DNA from: Podarcis bocagei
Lineage: Eukaryota
Reading direction: 5' to 3' (one strand)
Assembly: GCA_964188305.1 (NCBI GenBank)
Contig: OZ076892.1
Length of the DNA: 64,000 nucleotides
Every line of letters begins with the position of its first letter. Position 1 is the first letter of the stretch. The notes beneath the pieces are model-generated. The model saw only the letters and a program-made list of their open reading frames with translations. It made no database searches and was not told the origin of the DNA. The position numbers and the translations under genes were made by a program. This document shows positions 59,964 to 64,000 of this stretch, in pieces.

Positions 59964-62739
59964 GCAAAATCATTGCTTTTTCTGTTGTTTTGCTTTGTTC
60001 TTATGAAGCAAGGAAACAAACAAACCCACATGCAGAAGAAAACAGGCTGTTTATCAAATAAATACACTTGCATTCCCAAGTCCAATAGATTCCTTCCCTA
60101 GTCCTTGCATGGAAGGAAAGGCTGCTGAAGTCAGAATCCACAGCACAATGGAAGTGAGGTGTGTGTGTGTGGGGGGGGGTGCTGTAAGTTTCCAGCCAGC
60201 AGCTGCAGAGCCCACAAAATCTGCTTTTTGCAAACTGTGTTTTCTTGCTCCCTACTGATAACACTGAGGCTCAACTGGGGATGACTTGTGCCCAACCTGA
60301 TTTGTTCCCCCTCATCAGTGGCTTTGTCACAACCTGCTAATCCTACACACCTCCTTCAGCCTCCATATACCTCCCATTTTACCTGAGATATATATTCAGT
60401 AGTGTCCACACTGACACATCACACCACTGTTATCTGTAATGTTCTTGGTACTTTATCTATTGCTCCTTGTTGCCCTCCCTGCAGATCTGCTTACCAAGGT
60501 TTGCACATCTGCCTTTGTTTACAAAAGATACAGGTTTTCCTCTTCTTTAGAAACCTGGTTGTCTTTTGGGGGCTGGCTAGCGCTTGAGTGTTTCATTTTT
60601 AAATTAGGTTACGCTTGCACACACTTAAGCAGCACACTGTCTCTCCTTCTATACAGGGCTAAATTTATGGGATGTGCGCAAAAAGCTGAAGAGGAGAGAA
60701 GGGGAAAACCTACTGAAGTGAGTGCAAACCAAGAGGCGTCTCAGAGGTGCCCACAATCCATATGACCTCTGCTCAAGGCCCTGGAGAGTTGCAACAGTCA
60801 GGGCAGGCTGGCCTTCCCCAACCTGGTCCTCTTCAGATGCTCTGAGCTGTTTTATTTATAAGATTTGTGGCCCGCTGGTTCAACCCTAAGGTCCCAGGTT
60901 AGGTTTTAACAACAGAAAAGACTATAAAAACAGACAAAACCATTACAATTACTACAGCTCCCATCAGCCCCTGTTCTGAAACATCTGGAGGACCCCTGGT
61001 GGGAAAGGCTGGGGAATGCAGCATTACTGGGCAAGAAGGACACATAAGTCTGACCTATACCTATATGGTAGATGTGGGGCACCTTTCATGTGAAAATGCA
61101 ACTCCCTGCAAAGGTTCTCAAGGACAGGGAAAGAAAAAAGCAACTCATCATGCAGAAGACGGCTCCTATGCTGGACTCCTGGAAGAAGGTGGTGCCCAAA
61201 CTTATTTTGGTCTTTGATTGTAACAAATATGACTTTCAGTAAAGCCAGCAGTTTTGCTGAGCTAGTCAGCGTTGTTTCTGCTGAGTCACTTTTTCAGAAG
61301 CCGGTCGGTCAAATGCTTTGGAATGACCAGCATTCAAGTGAGTAAACAGCAGAAGCAGCTAGCAGTGGGGGTGGAGTGGAGACGGAAGAGCAAGGCTGAC
61401 ACACAGGTTTTACATGGGAGGCTTTGCCAACGTGGGGCAGGGGGTTCTGGATGACTTCTGCCCAGTGGGCAATACATGGGCAAATGCCAGGTTGATTTGG
61501 CATCTGGCAGAAGGCTGGATGAAGTGGTTCCAAAGGCAGCGGCTACAATAGAGTTGGCACAACACACCCACATCAAAACCCTCACAGGTACGAATTCTAA
61601 GCTTTTTGGCAAATGAGCACAAGGTGCCAAGAAAGGAGTGCTGGAAGTGGTGGTGGGGTGTGTTGGGCTGCATATCCTCCTGCCCTGACTGCTCCAACAC
61701 TGATCTAGGAGATAGAGCCCCGAAGCCACTAAGATGTCTTGCATGGAAGTCCACTGGTTGCCCACCATAGGTGACATTTCCAAGGCAAAAGCAGCAGGAA
61801 GTAAAGGGCCCAAAGGCGCCCTGAGCTGCTCCTTTGCAGGGACTCGGGTGAGACTGAAGTATAAACTGCCTAAACCACCAGGAGGGAGTTCCTGCACTGC
61901 TGCCCTCAAGACAAAGCCTCCTCTGCAGGGAAGGCATTTGGTGGTGAGAAATAACAGGCACTGTGTAAAGGAGGTTGCTCTGCAGGCAATGGGAAAGCAG
62001 CTGATGTTGCACACAGGACAGCCATGGTCTGGAGTGGCCCTTTTGGATTTTCTTGGGGCTCCTGCCCCCAGAATCCTCTGGGGGCCCTTATGCCAACAGA
62101 ACTAGAAGCGAAGGATTCAAGTAGCACCATTTAAACTAGCACCATGTTCCTATTCAGACCTATTCACTTCCACCCTTAGATAAGTCCACAGGGTTCTCAA
62201 GATTCACAGAAATTCTTCTGCATGGCCTTCTGCTGTTCACTCTTGCCCATTTGCAAGGCAGGCTGGCAGGGGAGGGGAAGGGAAGGGAAAGCAGGGGGGA
62301 AGCTGGAGTGAAGGCACTGAGCATAATAAGGCAGCCCTTGGTCCCTTGAGAAGAGCGGTCTCCTGGAAAGCTCTTACCTTCCCAGACTGCTGGGTCTGTG
62401 TGTGTCAGATGGTCGATGAGTTTACTGAAGGCACAGAGGCTGTTTGTGATCAGCTCAGGAGAGGGCACCTGCTTTTCTCTGCTCCAAGCAACCATCCCAG
62501 TTCATGTCCTTCGTTGGAGGGGGAGAACTGAGGAAGGTTGCTTGCTGCAGACAGTGGTCCTTGAACATTGTTGCTGGTCCTTTGGTGGAAGGGGAGCCTG
62601 ACAGTGTTCCATGATTCCATGGCAAAGTGAGGCTCAGCTGGTCTCTCGGCAATGCTGCCCCCAGCCAAAGAAACAGGCCTTGGTGCTTGACCAATGGACA
62701 ATGTGCCATGCGTTTCTTTTCAGGCTGGCCCTGCTTTCC

Positions 62740-63827
<1,088 letters not shown>

Positions 63828-64000
63828 CTGGAAAGAGAGCAACACTCCTGAGCCAGCAGCAGGACCGGGGGCAGCGGGGGCGGGGAGTGACAGAGACAAT
63901 GGGGTGCCGGGTTATTTCTCTTGCCCCAGGGCATCCATCTTGAGCTGCCCCAATTTCCCAAGAGTTTCACATTCCCAGGTCTTGGGAGACAGAAGCTTGC

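Overview
Vertebrate genomic DNA, almost certainly a squamate lizard (Sauria SINEs, tRNA-Ile/CR1-tail SINE, CR1 and hAT/Tigger MITEs), with one 140-N gap. Gene order, from exons and splice sites I read by hand: 5' part of a type I classical cadherin (CDH3/B-cadherin-like, minus strand, exons 1-5, runs off the left edge); a second, head-to-head cadherin-derived gene on the plus strand (22201-~26265); URAH (5-hydroxyisourate hydrolase, plus); complete GAS8/DRC4 (minus, 11 coding exons, 482 aa); complete DBNDD1 (plus, 164 aa); the last two exons of AFG3L1 (minus). The most unusual item is the second cadherin gene. It is an open, canonically spliced model encoding a signal peptide, a furin site and only EC1-EC2. 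It has no prodomain exons, no Trp2 or Glu89 (strand-swap adhesion), an intact EC1-2 calcium site, a decayed EC2-3 site, and no TM or cytoplasmic exons. It looks like a secreted, non-adhesive mini-cadherin. It sits directly upstream of a URAH with no recognisable PTS2 first exon, and their splice phases allow an in-frame cadherin-URAH fusion. Family assignments come from remembered homologue sequences, not from a database search.
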